Positions 1 to 9,041 of a stretch of DNA of 26,807 nucleotides are shown in pieces (the stretch's first letter is position 1; each line of letters opens with the position of its first letter). The translations under genes were made by a program, and so were the position numbers. Source of the DNA: an uncultured Methylophilaceae bacterium (GTDB lineage: Bacteria; Pseudomonadota; Gammaproteobacteria; Burkholderiales; Methylophilaceae); assembly GCA_964022105.1 (NCBI GenBank), contig CAXIBZ010000001.1:1-26807 (forward strand), read 5' to 3'. The notes under the pieces are model-generated. The model was not told the origin of the DNA. It worked only from the letters and a program-made list of their open reading frames with translations, and did not search any database.

Positions 1-814
1 CACCCATTTTTTTTATTTTGCTATCAATCGGGTACATAAAAACACCACCCCTGATTAATATCCTGTGAATTTCTGCCACCATGGATGCGACCCAACGCAT
101 ATTGAAATTCTTATTACGTACACCTTCCACACCTTGCAAACACTCATCGATATATTGCTGAACTGGCGCTTGCCAATAGCGATAATTCGACATATTAACT
201 GCAAATTCTTCCGTATCGGCATCGATCATCATTTGCGGATGTGTTAGAAAAAACTCTCCAGACTCAGTATCTAACGTAAACCCATTTACACCTTTTCCCA
301 CAGTAATCACGAGCATAGTGGAAGTACCGTATAGTGCATAACCTGCACAAATCTGTTGGCTACCTGTTTGTAAAAACGCATTAATGCCAGGCTTTGATGA
401 TTGGCTGTTGAGAATTGAAAAGATTGTCCCCACTGAAATATTGACATTAACATTTGAGGAGCCATCTAGCGGGTCGAATAATAATAAGTATTTACCGTCA
501 GATTGATATGTAGCGTCTACCTCTATGATATCGGCTATTTCTTCTGATACCATGCCAGCAACATAGCCGCTTTGCTGTGTTCTTTCGATAAATACATCGT
601 TCGCAATCATGTCCAGCGCTTTTTGTATTTCGCCTTGAATATTTTCAGCATTAAGCGTACCCATATTCCCAGCTAGCGCACCACTGTCAATTGCAACCGC
701 AATTTCTTTACATGCCATGGCGATATCTGCCAACATTTGCTGCAATGGCAATCGATGTTGGTGGTCGGTTAAATGTTGCGCTAAAAAGTCTGTAAACGTC
801 TGATTTTGTGTCAT
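1..814 (-). CDS. fbp: Class 1 fructose-1,6-bisphosphatase, partial (3' end runs off the window; absent from the supplied ORF track)
   Basis: Manual minus-strand translation from ATG at 814 is open to the window edge: MTQNQTFTDFLAQ...GEIQKALDMIAND...SEE...FDPLDGSSNVNVNISVGTIFSI...GYALYG...FNMRWVASMVAEIHRILIRGGVFMYP. FDPLDGSSN and RW-x-x-SMVA are FBPase class 1 signatures. Confidence 0.95.
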   Translation of the reverse strand, partial: MTQNQTFTDFLAQHLTDHQHRLPLQQMLADIAMACKEIAVAIDSGALAGNMGTLNAENIQGEIQKALDMIANDVFIERTQQSGYVAGMVSEEIADIIEVDATYQSDGKYLLLFDPLDGSSNVNVNISVGTIFSILNSQSSKPGINAFLQTGSQQICAGYALYGTSTMLVITVGKGVNGFTLDTESGEFFLTHPQMMIDADTEEFAVNMSNYRYWQAPVQQYIDECLQGVEGVRNKNFNMRWVASMVAEIHRILIRGGVFMYPIDSKIKKMG

Positions 815-820
815 ATAGCT

Positions 821-826
821 ATTATA
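821..826 (-). promoter_or_regulatory. Putative sigma70 -10 hexamer of a leaderless fbp promoter
   Basis: Minus strand reads TATAAT-AGCTAT-ATG: a consensus -10 exactly 6 nt before the start codon, with no SD. Confidence 0.5.
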
Positions 827-902
827 AGCTGATATTAAGCACCAACAAACCAGTGTTTACTATACCCATTCAAAATAAAATGAAATTAAGATTAGCGATA
901 TA

Positions 903-1370
903 ATGAACGCTAACGATATTACATTCCGAACCATGCCAAACCTTAGTTTATCCATTCAGTTCGCCACCAAACTAACAAATTTGCCTAGCCGCTACCAGCT
1001 ACGCAAATGGGTAAAAGCTACTATACGTGTTAATACGGAAGCCACTATCCGTATTGTCGATGAAGCAGAAGGACGTTATTTAAATAAAACCTACCGCGGT
1101 AAAGATTATGCAACCAATGTACTCACTTTCCCTATCACAGATGAACCCGATCTGATGGGTGATATTATTATTTGTGCGCCAGTGGTGTTTAAAGAGGCTG
1201 CTGATCAAAACAAATCTATCGAGGCACACTTTGCCCATTTAACTGTGCATGGCACACTCCATCTTCATGGCTATGATCATCAAACAGAAGAACAAGCAGG
1301 CTTAATGGAAACGATTGAGGTGACAACTCTACTGAATTTAGGGTATCCTAATCCCTATCTTATTACATAG
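903..1370 (+). CDS. ybeY: rRNA maturation endoribonuclease YbeY (true start may be the ATG at 933, MPNLSL)
   Basis: Motifs LNKTYRGKDYATNVLTF, GDIIIC and the zinc-binding H-x3-H-x5-H in HGTLHLHGYDH; directly upstream of corC. Confidence 0.95.
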   Translation: MNANDITFRTMPNLSLSIQFATKLTNLPSRYQLRKWVKATIRVNTEATIRIVDEAEGRYLNKTYRGKDYATNVLTFPITDEPDLMGDIIICAPVVFKEAADQNKSIEAHFAHLTVHGTLHLHGYDHQTEEQAGLMETIEVTTLLNLGYPNPYLIT

Positions 1371-1381
1371 GGCGCCAATGC

Positions 1382-2230
1382 ATGGCTTCCGACTCGGAAA
1401 AACCAAGTTTATTAGAACGTCTAAGTCACCTTTTACTGCGTGAACCCGAAGACCGCGAGCAGCTGGTCGAGCTATTACATAGTGCATACGAAAACCACTT
1501 GATGGACGGTGATTCGCTGGCCATGATTGAGGGTGTGTTACAAGTCAGCGAGATGCAAGTGCGGGATATTATGATTCCACGCTCGCAAATGGATCTTATT
1601 GACATTACTGATCCGCCAGAAACGTTTATTCCTTACGTGATTGAAACGGCACATAGCCGCTTTCCAGTTATCGAAGATGATAAAAATGACGTGATTGGCA
1701 TTTTGCTTGCTAAAGATTTACTCCGCTATTATGCAGGAGAAGATTTTGAGGTGCGTGACATGCTTAGGCCAGCCGTCTTCATTCCGATGTCAAAGCGTCT
1801 GAATGTGTTACTGAAAGAGTTTCGCAGTACTCGCAATCATATAGCGATAGTGGTTGATGAATACGGTGGCGTAGCAGGCATGGTCACTATTGAAGATGTG
1901 CTTGAGCAAATTGTCGGCGACATTGAAGATGAATATGACTATGACGAAGATGAAGACAATATCATTGAGAATGCAGATGGTAGCTACCGTGTAAAAGCGC
2001 TCACTGAGATTGATGACTTTAACGAAATCGTTGGTACGCAATTTAGTAACGAGGAATTTTCTACCATTGGTGGTTTAATCGTTAATAAGTTTGGTCATTT
2101 ACCTAAACGTGGCGACCTTATCACCATTGAAAATCTTAGTATTAAAGTCGTCCGTGCCGATAGCCGACGGTTACATTCAGTTGCAATTGAAGTACTGGCA
2201 CCCAACCAACCGCCAGAAACTGCTGAATAA
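1382..2230 (+). CDS. corC: HlyC/CorC family Mg2+/Co2+ transport-associated protein (CBS pair plus CorC domain)
   Basis: VRDIMIPRSQM, HSRFPVI, IVVDEYGGVAGMVTIEDVLEQIVGDIEDEYD, TIGGL; ybeY-corC synteny. Confidence 0.93.
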   Translation: MASDSEKPSLLERLSHLLLREPEDREQLVELLHSAYENHLMDGDSLAMIEGVLQVSEMQVRDIMIPRSQMDLIDITDPPETFIPYVIETAHSRFPVIEDDKNDVIGILLAKDLLRYYAGEDFEVRDMLRPAVFIPMSKRLNVLLKEFRSTRNHIAIVVDEYGGVAGMVTIEDVLEQIVGDIEDEYDYDEDEDNIIENADGSYRVKALTEIDDFNEIVGTQFSNEEFSTIGGLIVNKFGHLPKRGDLITIENLSIKVVRADSRRLHSVAIEVLAPNQPPETAE

Positions 2231-2295
2231 TGGGCGTAAATATGAACTATATTTAAATATAACAATCTCTCTAATAATCTTAATGAGGAATTGAT

Positions 2296-2730
2296 ATGAA
2301 AACCTTAATATCTGTATTAACAATTGCTGTACTTACTGTTGGATGCTCATCCGTAAACACCTCTGCAACCAAACCAGAAACAGCAGCAACAGTAAAAAAA
2401 GCATCTAGCGTAGCAAATAAATTGCCTACGGATGAAAAAGCATTTGTGGCTGCCATCAAAGAGTTTGATAAAAAAACGATTGTAGAGAACTTGGGCGAGC
2501 CAGCCAAAGCAGAGGATGTCAGGATAAAAGGTACGGATAAAATAGCAGCCTCAATTTGGGAGTACCACTACATCAACACTGGGGAAAATGGTGAATATTT
2601 CCCAATAACAGAATTAGACTTTATTGATGATAAAGTTGTTCAGGTTGTGTTTATTAACCATAGCGAAAAAAACGATACTGCTAAAGATGGTCAAGTATAC
2701 GAGTTCCCTGAAAATAAACCGCAAGAATAA
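2296..2730 (+). CDS. Hypothetical outer-membrane lipoprotein, possible BamE/SmpA (BLIP-like) fold
   Basis: SD GAGGAA; signal MKTLISVLTIAVLTVG-C17 with Ser at +2; internal LGEP...IWEY...LDFIDDKV pattern; followed by a terminator. Confidence 0.7.
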   Translation: MKTLISVLTIAVLTVGCSSVNTSATKPETAATVKKASSVANKLPTDEKAFVAAIKEFDKKTIVENLGEPAKAEDVRIKGTDKIAASIWEYHYINTGENGEYFPITELDFIDDKVVQVVFINHSEKNDTAKDGQVYEFPENKPQE

Positions 2731-2742
2731 TATGCAGCAAAA

Positions 2743-2773
2743 TAAAAAAGGGCGATTTAATCGCCCTTTTTTA
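2743..2773. terminator. Bidirectional intrinsic terminator between the convergent lipoprotein gene and mscL
   Basis: Perfect 15-bp inverted repeat TAAAAAAGGGCGATT-T-AATCGCCCTTTTTTA, giving a U tract on both strands. Confidence 0.9.
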
Positions 2774-2784
2774 ATAGCTGATGC

Positions 2785-3195
2785 TTATTTCTTTAATGCG
2801 TCACGAATTTCACGCAAGAGTACAATATCTTCCGCAGGCCCTGCTGGCGCAGCTGGTTTTGGTGGATTTAATCTGTTTACCATTTTCACCATTTGAAAAA
2901 TAATAAATGCCAGAATAATAAAATTTAATGCAATTGTAATGAAATTACCATAAGCCAATACTGCGCCTCCCTTTTGAGCCTCTGCTAGAATCATTCCTGA
3001 TTCTTGTCCATTTAGAGGGATATATAAATTACTAAAATCTAAACCACCAAATAATTTACCGACGATAGGCATAATAATGTCACCGACGAGTGAGTCAACA
3101 ATCTTGCCAAATGCACCGCCGATGATGACACCGACAGCTAAATCCATAACATTTCCCTTGCTAATAAAGTCCTTAAATTCTGACACCATACTCAT
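2785..3195 (-). CDS. mscL: Large-conductance mechanosensitive channel
   Basis: [54 protein letters not shown]; SD GGAG upstream. Confidence 0.97.
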   Translation of the reverse strand: MSMVSEFKDFISKGNVMDLAVGVIIGGAFGKIVDSLVGDIIMPIVGKLFGGLDFSNLYIPLNGQESGMILAEAQKGGAVLAYGNFITIALNFIILAFIIFQMVKMVNRLNPPKPAAPAGPAEDIVLLREIRDALKK

Positions 3196-3372
3196 TGTTG
3201 TTCTCCAAAAATTTTTTATTTAGACTTGCAAACGAAGGTGTATAGTCCACTTTAGCTTTTTTTTTTTCAAGTGCTTGCAGTGAAATCATGTTGTGATTAA
3301 CATTTTTTATTATTTTCTCGCTTTAACATATACTGTGCCTTCAAAAATATAATCAATTACTCACATCAAAAA

Positions 3373-4857
3373 ATGTTAAAAAGAAACTACCCATATTTTC
3401 TGGCTTTTATATTAGGCGCTTTTGCAGTATTAGGGTTTGCACCCTATTATATTTTCCCCACCACCATCGTGTCACTCATCGGCATTATCTATCTTTGGGC
3501 AAAAACACCTTCCGCATTAGCATGCTTACAGTTAGGTTTTATGTTTGGTCTAGGACTTTATATTCTAGGTATTTATTGGATTTATATTAGCTTGCATGAC
3601 TTTGGCGGCATGCCATGGTGGTTTGCAGGGTTTTGTACCTTTTGCTTATGTGCATTTATGGCTTTATTTCCCGCACTTGTAGGTTACTTTAGTAAACGGT
3701 TAGGTTTTTTGAGCTTAAGCGCCCCGATATTGTGGGCACTGTCAGACTGGGTTAGAAGCTGGATATTCACTGGTTTCCCATGGCTAACGATTGGCTATAG
3801 CCAGACTCCACATAGTCCATATGCTGGCTATATGCCAATTCTAGGCGTATATGGTGTGTCTTTACTCACCGTGCTTGTAGCTGCCTGCATTGCCGCCTGG
3901 ACTGCAAATAAAAACAATGTTAGCACTACCTGGAAACAGACTGTTATTGCATCAATCACGGTTTTCACTGTGTTAGGCTTTGTATTAAAAACCGTTGAAT
4001 GGACTAAGCCAGTCGGTGCACCATTTGACGTTAGCTTAATACAAGGCAATATTCCACAAGACATTAAATGGTCGCCGGATGCCGCTGAGAGTACGATGCA
4101 GCAATATGTCGAGATGACAAGAGCAAGCCATGCACAACTCATCGTGCTACCAGAAACTGCACTACCTGTGATAGCAAGCCAATTAGATCCCAATATCAAA
4201 CAAGCACTAACTGAATATGCTATAGATAACGACGGCAACTTAATTGTTGGCATGGTGGAATACAACCCTGAGACACAGGAATATTTTAATAGCGCTCTCA
4301 GTTATGGCGTTAACCCAACACAATCTTATAGCAAAAATCACTTAGTGCCTTTTGGTGAGTTTATCCCACTGAAGAATCTATTGGGCTGGATTTATCGTGA
4401 CTGGCTTAATATTCCTTTAAGCGATTTATCCAGAGGTGGAACCCACCAAAAACCGATGCAACTTAATGACCAAAAAGTAGCGGTTAATATTTGTTATGAG
4501 GATGTATTTGGTGAGGAGATTATTCGTCAACTACCTGAAGCTACTTTACTAATAAACATCAGCAACGACGCTTGGTATGGTCAATCCTATGCAGCTGATC
4601 AACATATGCAATTCTCACAAGCGCGTGCACTAGAAACTGGCCGCATGATGCTACGATCAACCAATACAGGGGCAACTGCTGTCATCGACCAGCACGGGCA
4701 TCTACAAGCGCATGCATCACACGACATTAAAACAACGCTCAACGCCACTGCACAAGGCTATCAAGGCAGCACCCCATACATACGTTGGGGTAACTGGCCA
4801 TTTATTATCATTAGCTTCGGATTGTTAATTGGCTTAATCATAAAGCGTCGATTGTAG
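3373..4857 (+). CDS. lnt: Apolipoprotein N-acyltransferase
   Basis: Multi-TM N-half (TGFPW); nitrilase-fold catalytic E-K-C triad in LPET, KNHLVPFGEFIP and ICYED; QGNIPQ; NDAWYG. Confidence 0.96.
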   Translation: MLKRNYPYFLAFILGAFAVLGFAPYYIFPTTIVSLIGIIYLWAKTPSALACLQLGFMFGLGLYILGIYWIYISLHDFGGMPWWFAGFCTFCLCAFMALFPALVGYFSKRLGFLSLSAPILWALSDWVRSWIFTGFPWLTIGYSQTPHSPYAGYMPILGVYGVSLLTVLVAACIAAWTANKNNVSTTWKQTVIASITVFTVLGFVLKTVEWTKPVGAPFDVSLIQGNIPQDIKWSPDAAESTMQQYVEMTRASHAQLIVLPETALPVIASQLDPNIKQALTEYAIDNDGNLIVGMVEYNPETQEYFNSALSYGVNPTQSYSKNHLVPFGEFIPLKNLLGWIYRDWLNIPLSDLSRGGTHQKPMQLNDQKVAVNICYEDVFGEEIIRQLPEATLLINISNDAWYGQSYAADQHMQFSQARALETGRMMLRSTNTGATAVIDQHGHLQAHASHDIKTTLNATAQGYQGSTPYIRWGNWPFIIISFGLLIGLIIKRRL

Positions 4858-4887
4858 CTTAGCTACCAACTGCTCAAGACTATCTAT

Positions 4888-7800
4888 TTAATCCTTTCCA
4901 AAAAAGCGGTGATACAAAATCGGCAGGATAAATAAGGTTAACAATGTAGCCGTGGTTAAGCCACCAATCACAACAATAGCGAGCGGTCTTTGTATCTCTG
5001 AGCCTGGCCCTGTTGCAAACAGGAGTGGAATCAAGCCGAATACAGCAATACTCGCCGTCATCAAAACTGGTCTTAACCGCCGCTTGGCTCCTTCAAACGC
5101 AATCAGGCTTTTTTGCATACCTTCATAATCGAGTTGCTTAAAGTAAGACACCATGACTACGCCATTGAGTACAGCGATACCAAGCAACGCAATAAAACCA
5201 ACGGATGCTGGTACCGATAAATATTCGCCAGAAATCCAAAGTGCAAACACACCACCAACCATTGCCAGTGGAATATTTGAAAGTATGAGTGCTGCCAACT
5301 TTAAAGAACCAAAAGTCAGATAGAGTAATAAAAACACCATTGCAATCGAAATAGGTATGACAATACTCAAGCGCTTAGCGGCGCGTTGTTGGTTCTCAAA
5401 CTGCCCACCCCATTTCATCCAATAACCTTGCGGCAATTTAACTGCCTCCCCTACTTTCTGTTTTGCTTCATTCACAAAACTCACTAGGTCTCGGCCTTGT
5501 ACATTAGCTGTCACAACAACCATACGAATACCACGCTCACGATCAACTTTCACAGGTCCTTCGGTGCGCTCTAATGTCGCGATGCTGGAAAGCGGGATAT
5601 TATTGCCATCGGGCAAAGTCAGTAGCAATTGACCGAAGTTTACTGGTGACAAACGCACTTCTTCACTGCCTCTTAATAAGATGGGCGTGCGACGAATACC
5701 CTCCTGCACGATGCCTAGCTGCTGTCCTTCAATTTGGCTTTGCAGTATTTGATTAACTTCGGCAATCGTCAACCCTAATTTGCCGGCTGCAGCTCGGTTG
5801 ACTTTAATTTGCAAATATTGAATGCCACTATTTTCTGGGGTATAGACATCTTGGCTACCTTCTATCCCCCCTAACACAGTCACAATTTTTTGTGCCGTTT
5901 CGCCCAAAGCATCCAAGTCTTCTCCAAATATTTTTATGGCCAAGTCACCTCTTACACCGAGAATCATTTCACTCACCCGCATATCAATCGGTTGGGTAAA
6001 GCTAAAATCAAGGCCTGGCGTTTGTTTCATCACTTTGCGTAATTTTTCGATGAGCGCCTCTTTACTATCTACCGTCCACTCGTCGCGTGGCTTGAGTACT
6101 AAAAAGTTATCTGTTTGGTTTAAACCCATTGGGTCTAAACCAAGCTCATCAGATCCCACGCGTGAATAAATACCTTTCACTTCAGACACTTGATTTAAAA
6201 TATTTTTTTGAACAGCTAAATCCGTTGCAACACTTTGCTTTAATGTAATAGACGGTAACTTTTCTACTCCAATAATAATGTCGCCCTCATCCATTACAGG
6301 CATAAAGGTTTTACCAATAAAAAGATAAACAACAACTGTTAAGGCTAATAAAATCCCTGCACCAGTGAGCAATTTATTAGGATGCTGCATAGCCTTACTC
6401 AAGGCAGGTGCATAAATTGCTGACAACTTCCGGACCAACCAAGGCTCTTCTTCATGCTGATCTTTAATGATAAATGAAGCAATGACGGGTATCACCGTAA
6501 GAGACAGCACTAATGACCCTGCAAGGGCAAAAATAATGGTCATGGCAACAGGAGAAAATAATTTACCTTCCAAACCTTGCAGCGTTAATAACGGGAAAAA
6601 AACGGTGATAATAATTACCACGCCAGAAGCAACAGGCAAGCTTACTTCACGCATCGCGTTCAATATAATGCTCATTTTTGATTGCACATGCTTATCTGGC
6701 GTATGAGCCAAATGTGAAATAATGTTTTCCACTACTACGACGGAAGAATCGACCAACATTCCGATGGCTATCGCCAATCCACCTAAGCTCATTAAATTTG
6801 CTGACATGCCAAACTGTTTCATGAGTAAGAATGTCGTTAATACGGCTAGTGGCAAAGAAAAAGCAATAGTTAATGCTGCACGCCAATTACCCAGAAAAAG
6901 AATCAGTAGAATAATCACCAGAACTACCGCTTCTGTTAACGCTTTATTAACCGTATTAACAGCACGTTCAACCAAATTACCACGATCATAAAATACATTG
7001 GTGGTAACGCCCTTAGGCAGCGTTGGTGCAATTTCTGCTAATTTTGCACGCACACCTTCAACGACGGCACGGGCATTGGCACCACGTAAACCCAGTACCA
7101 AACCCTCTACGGCTTCAGCTTTGCCATTTGCAGTGACTGCGCCATAACGGGTTAAAGCACCAATGCGTACTTCAGCTACATCTGCAATAAAAACAGGCTT
7201 GCCATCCTCACTTTTCACAACAATATCGCGTACATCGTTTAAATTTTGGATTGCCCCTTCTGAGCGGACTAACAATGCGTCTTCATTATCGCTCAAGCGC
7301 CCCGCGCCATCATTGCGGTTATTCTCAGTTATGGCATCACGCAACATATTTAAACTAATGCCTCGTGCATACATGCGCGCATTATCAGGCACTATTTCAT
7401 AGGTGCGTACTAAACCACCTAAAGCATTTACATCTGCCACACCTGGTACGGTTCTTAATTGCGGGCGGATGACCCAATCAAGCAAATTACGCTTTTCTTC
7501 CAAATCTAAAGTATCAGACTCAACCGTAAACATAAACATCTCGCCCAATGGTGTGGTCATCGGCGCTATACCACCGGAAATATTACTTGGCAGATTCCCC
7601 CAAACATTACTCAAACGCTCACTCACTTGCTGACGCGCCCAGTAAATATCGGTACCATCTTCAAAGTCCACCGTAATATCAGTGAGTGCGTATTTGGCCA
7701 CTGAGCGCAAACCTGATTGTTTAGGAATACCCAGCATTTCTACTTCAATTGGTGCTGTAATGCGTGTCTCTACCTCTTCTGGGGTCATCCCTGGAGATTT

Positions 7801-7953
7801 CACGATTACTTTAACCTGTGTTGACGAAACATCTGGGAAAGCATCAATGGGTAGTTGCTGATAAGCTAAATAACCTGCAATACTTAGCAATATTGCCAAA
7901 ATCAGCACCATAATGCGTTGGCGTAAGGAGAATTCAACAATGAAATTAAGCAT
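4888..7953 (-). CDS. CusA/CzcA family heavy-metal efflux RND permease
   Basis: 1021 aa; IDAFPDVS, APMTTPLGE, TM4 NLMSLGGLAIAIGMLVDSSVVVVEN, GIAVLNG, RLRPVLMTA, QRPLAIVVIGGL. Confidence 0.92.
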   Translation of the reverse strand: MLNFIVEFSLRQRIMVLILAILLSIAGYLAYQQLPIDAFPDVSSTQVKVIVKSPGMTPEEVETRITAPIEVEMLGIPKQSGLRSVAKYALTDITVDFEDGTDIYWARQQVSERLSNVWGNLPSNISGGIAPMTTPLGEMFMFTVESDTLDLEEKRNLLDWVIRPQLRTVPGVADVNALGGLVRTYEIVPDNARMYARGISLNMLRDAITENNRNDGAGRLSDNEDALLVRSEGAIQNLNDVRDIVVKSEDGKPVFIADVAEVRIGALTRYGAVTANGKAEAVEGLVLGLRGANARAVVEGVRAKLAEIAPTLPKGVTTNVFYDRGNLVERAVNTVNKALTEAVVLVIILLILFLGNWRAALTIAFSLPLAVLTTFLLMKQFGMSANLMSLGGLAIAIGMLVDSSVVVVENIISHLAHTPDKHVQSKMSIILNAMREVSLPVASGVVIIITVFFPLLTLQGLEGKLFSPVAMTIIFALAGSLVLSLTVIPVIASFIIKDQHEEEPWLVRKLSAIYAPALSKAMQHPNKLLTGAGILLALTVVVYLFIGKTFMPVMDEGDIIIGVEKLPSITLKQSVATDLAVQKNILNQVSEVKGIYSRVGSDELGLDPMGLNQTDNFLVLKPRDEWTVDSKEALIEKLRKVMKQTPGLDFSFTQPIDMRVSEMILGVRGDLAIKIFGEDLDALGETAQKIVTVLGGIEGSQDVYTPENSGIQYLQIKVNRAAAGKLGLTIAEVNQILQSQIEGQQLGIVQEGIRRTPILLRGSEEVRLSPVNFGQLLLTLPDGNNIPLSSIATLERTEGPVKVDRERGIRMVVVTANVQGRDLVSFVNEAKQKVGEAVKLPQGYWMKWGGQFENQQRAAKRLSIVIPISIAMVFLLLYLTFGSLKLAALILSNIPLAMVGGVFALWISGEYLSVPASVGFIALLGIAVLNGVVMVSYFKQLDYEGMQKSLIAFEGAKRRLRPVLMTASIAVFGLIPLLFATGPGSEIQRPLAIVVIGGLTTATLLTLFILPILYHRFFGKD

Positions 7954-9041
7954 TATTCACCACCTAAGCCTAACCAACTACCTTTGAGCGCGGCCAAACC
8001 AGTGATGGCTATCTCATCAGCATCACGCAGTGCACCTTTAACCAAAGCATACTGCTTATCTTCATTTAATAAAGTCACTGGAATAATTTCAAAGCCTTGA
8101 TTAGTCCGCTTAAAGACGAAATTTTTTTGTCCATTTCGTACTAAGGCAGTTTTCGGGATTTGGATACTGTCACTATCCGTTTTGATTGTCATGGCTACTT
8201 CAATAAATTGGCCTAGTGAAAGCTTGTCTGCACCCTGATTAATTTCAGCGCGCACTTGTAACGTTTGCGTTGCTTTATCAACGCTACGCAGGATAGCGAT
8301 AACTTGACCACTAACCCCTATGTTGGGTATTTCTACTTTCAAGCCTTTTTGAATTTTGGCAGCATCTTCAATTGGTATATTCATCTCCAACCACAATGGA
8401 TTTAGTTGAGCAATTTGATACAGCGGCATTCCACTATCGAGACGGTCACCTACTTTGGCATATTGCGCAATGACTTGCCCTTTCATCGGCGCAACAATGC
8501 TAATCTTGCTTTGCATGCTGTTGCTACTGCTCAAACGATTAATTGTTGCATCAGTCATTCCCGCCAAACGTAACGATTGCTTCTTTTGCATCACCTCGGT
8601 TTGAAGTGCTTCTTGCGCGCTTTTAGATTCAATATAACGCCTGTTTGGGATAATGCCTTCTTCAGCCAAACTTTTATCGCGTGTAGTTGTTTGTATTGCC
8701 AAAGCCAGTTTGGTTTTTGCTTGCAGATACTCACCTTGCAAGCTAATCAATTCACTACTACTTATCTCAGCTAGCACTTCTCCCTTCTCAACTTCCTGCC
8801 CTGTAGCAACTCGCAAAGCACTAATTAATCCATGTTGCGGCATACTCACTATTTGTGTTTGATCGTTTGGCAGTGTTACTTCAGCGCTATATTGACGCAT
8901 ATATTGACCAGCACCCACATTCACTTGCTTTGTTGTTATTTGCATTTGTTTGATTTGCGCATTGCTTAAAGGTAATGATTCAGCAAACCCAGTTAACGGT
9001 AATAGCAATGCAATGCTGATAAAGCTTATTAATTTATTCAT
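7953..9041 (-). CDS. RND efflux periplasmic adaptor (membrane fusion protein, CzcB/CusB-like)
   Basis: N-terminal signal/anchor; lipoyl-like hairpin (GQEVEKGEVLAEI ... IVAPMKGQV ... GDRLDSGMPLYQIA); stop overlaps the RND start (TAATG at 7953). Confidence 0.88.
   Translation of the reverse strand: MNKLISFISIALLLPLTGFAESLPLSNAQIKQMQITTKQVNVGAGQYMRQYSAEVTLPNDQTQIVSMPQHGLISALRVATGQEVEKGEVLAEISSSELISLQGEYLQAKTKLALAIQTTTRDKSLAEEGIIPNRRYIESKSAQEALQTEVMQKKQSLRLAGMTDATINRLSSSNSMQSKISIVAPMKGQVIAQYAKVGDRLDSGMPLYQIAQLNPLWLEMNIPIEDAAKIQKGLKVEIPNIGVSGQVIAILRSVDKATQTLQVRAEINQGADKLSLGQFIEVAMTIKTDSDSIQIPKTALVRNGQKNFVFKRTNQGFEIIPVTLLNEDKQYALVKGALRDADEIAITGLAALKGSWLGLGGE

Noticed and set aside
65-247. 60-aa plus-strand ORF in the track
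   Set aside because: It is antisense to the real fbp reading frame and has no motif.
2248-2261. 14-bp palindrome TATATTTAAATATA before the lipoprotein gene
   Set aside because: It is purely A/T in an AT-rich spacer and is easily produced by chance.
1808-2896. Short overlapping ORFs (1808-2041, 2091-2294, 2280-2507, 2624-2896)
   Set aside because: They are shadow frames of corC, the lipoprotein gene and mscL; one runs through the terminator. No RBS or motifs.
4854-4866. Small inverted repeat GTAGCT-T-AGCTAC between the convergent lnt and RND genes
   Set aside because: The stem is too short and has no U tract, so it is not supportable as a terminator.
3828-8862. Numerous 60-145 aa ORFs opposite lnt, the RND gene and the adaptor gene
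   Set aside because: They are antisense shadows of long conserved genes with Ser/Thr-rich non-protein-like composition.
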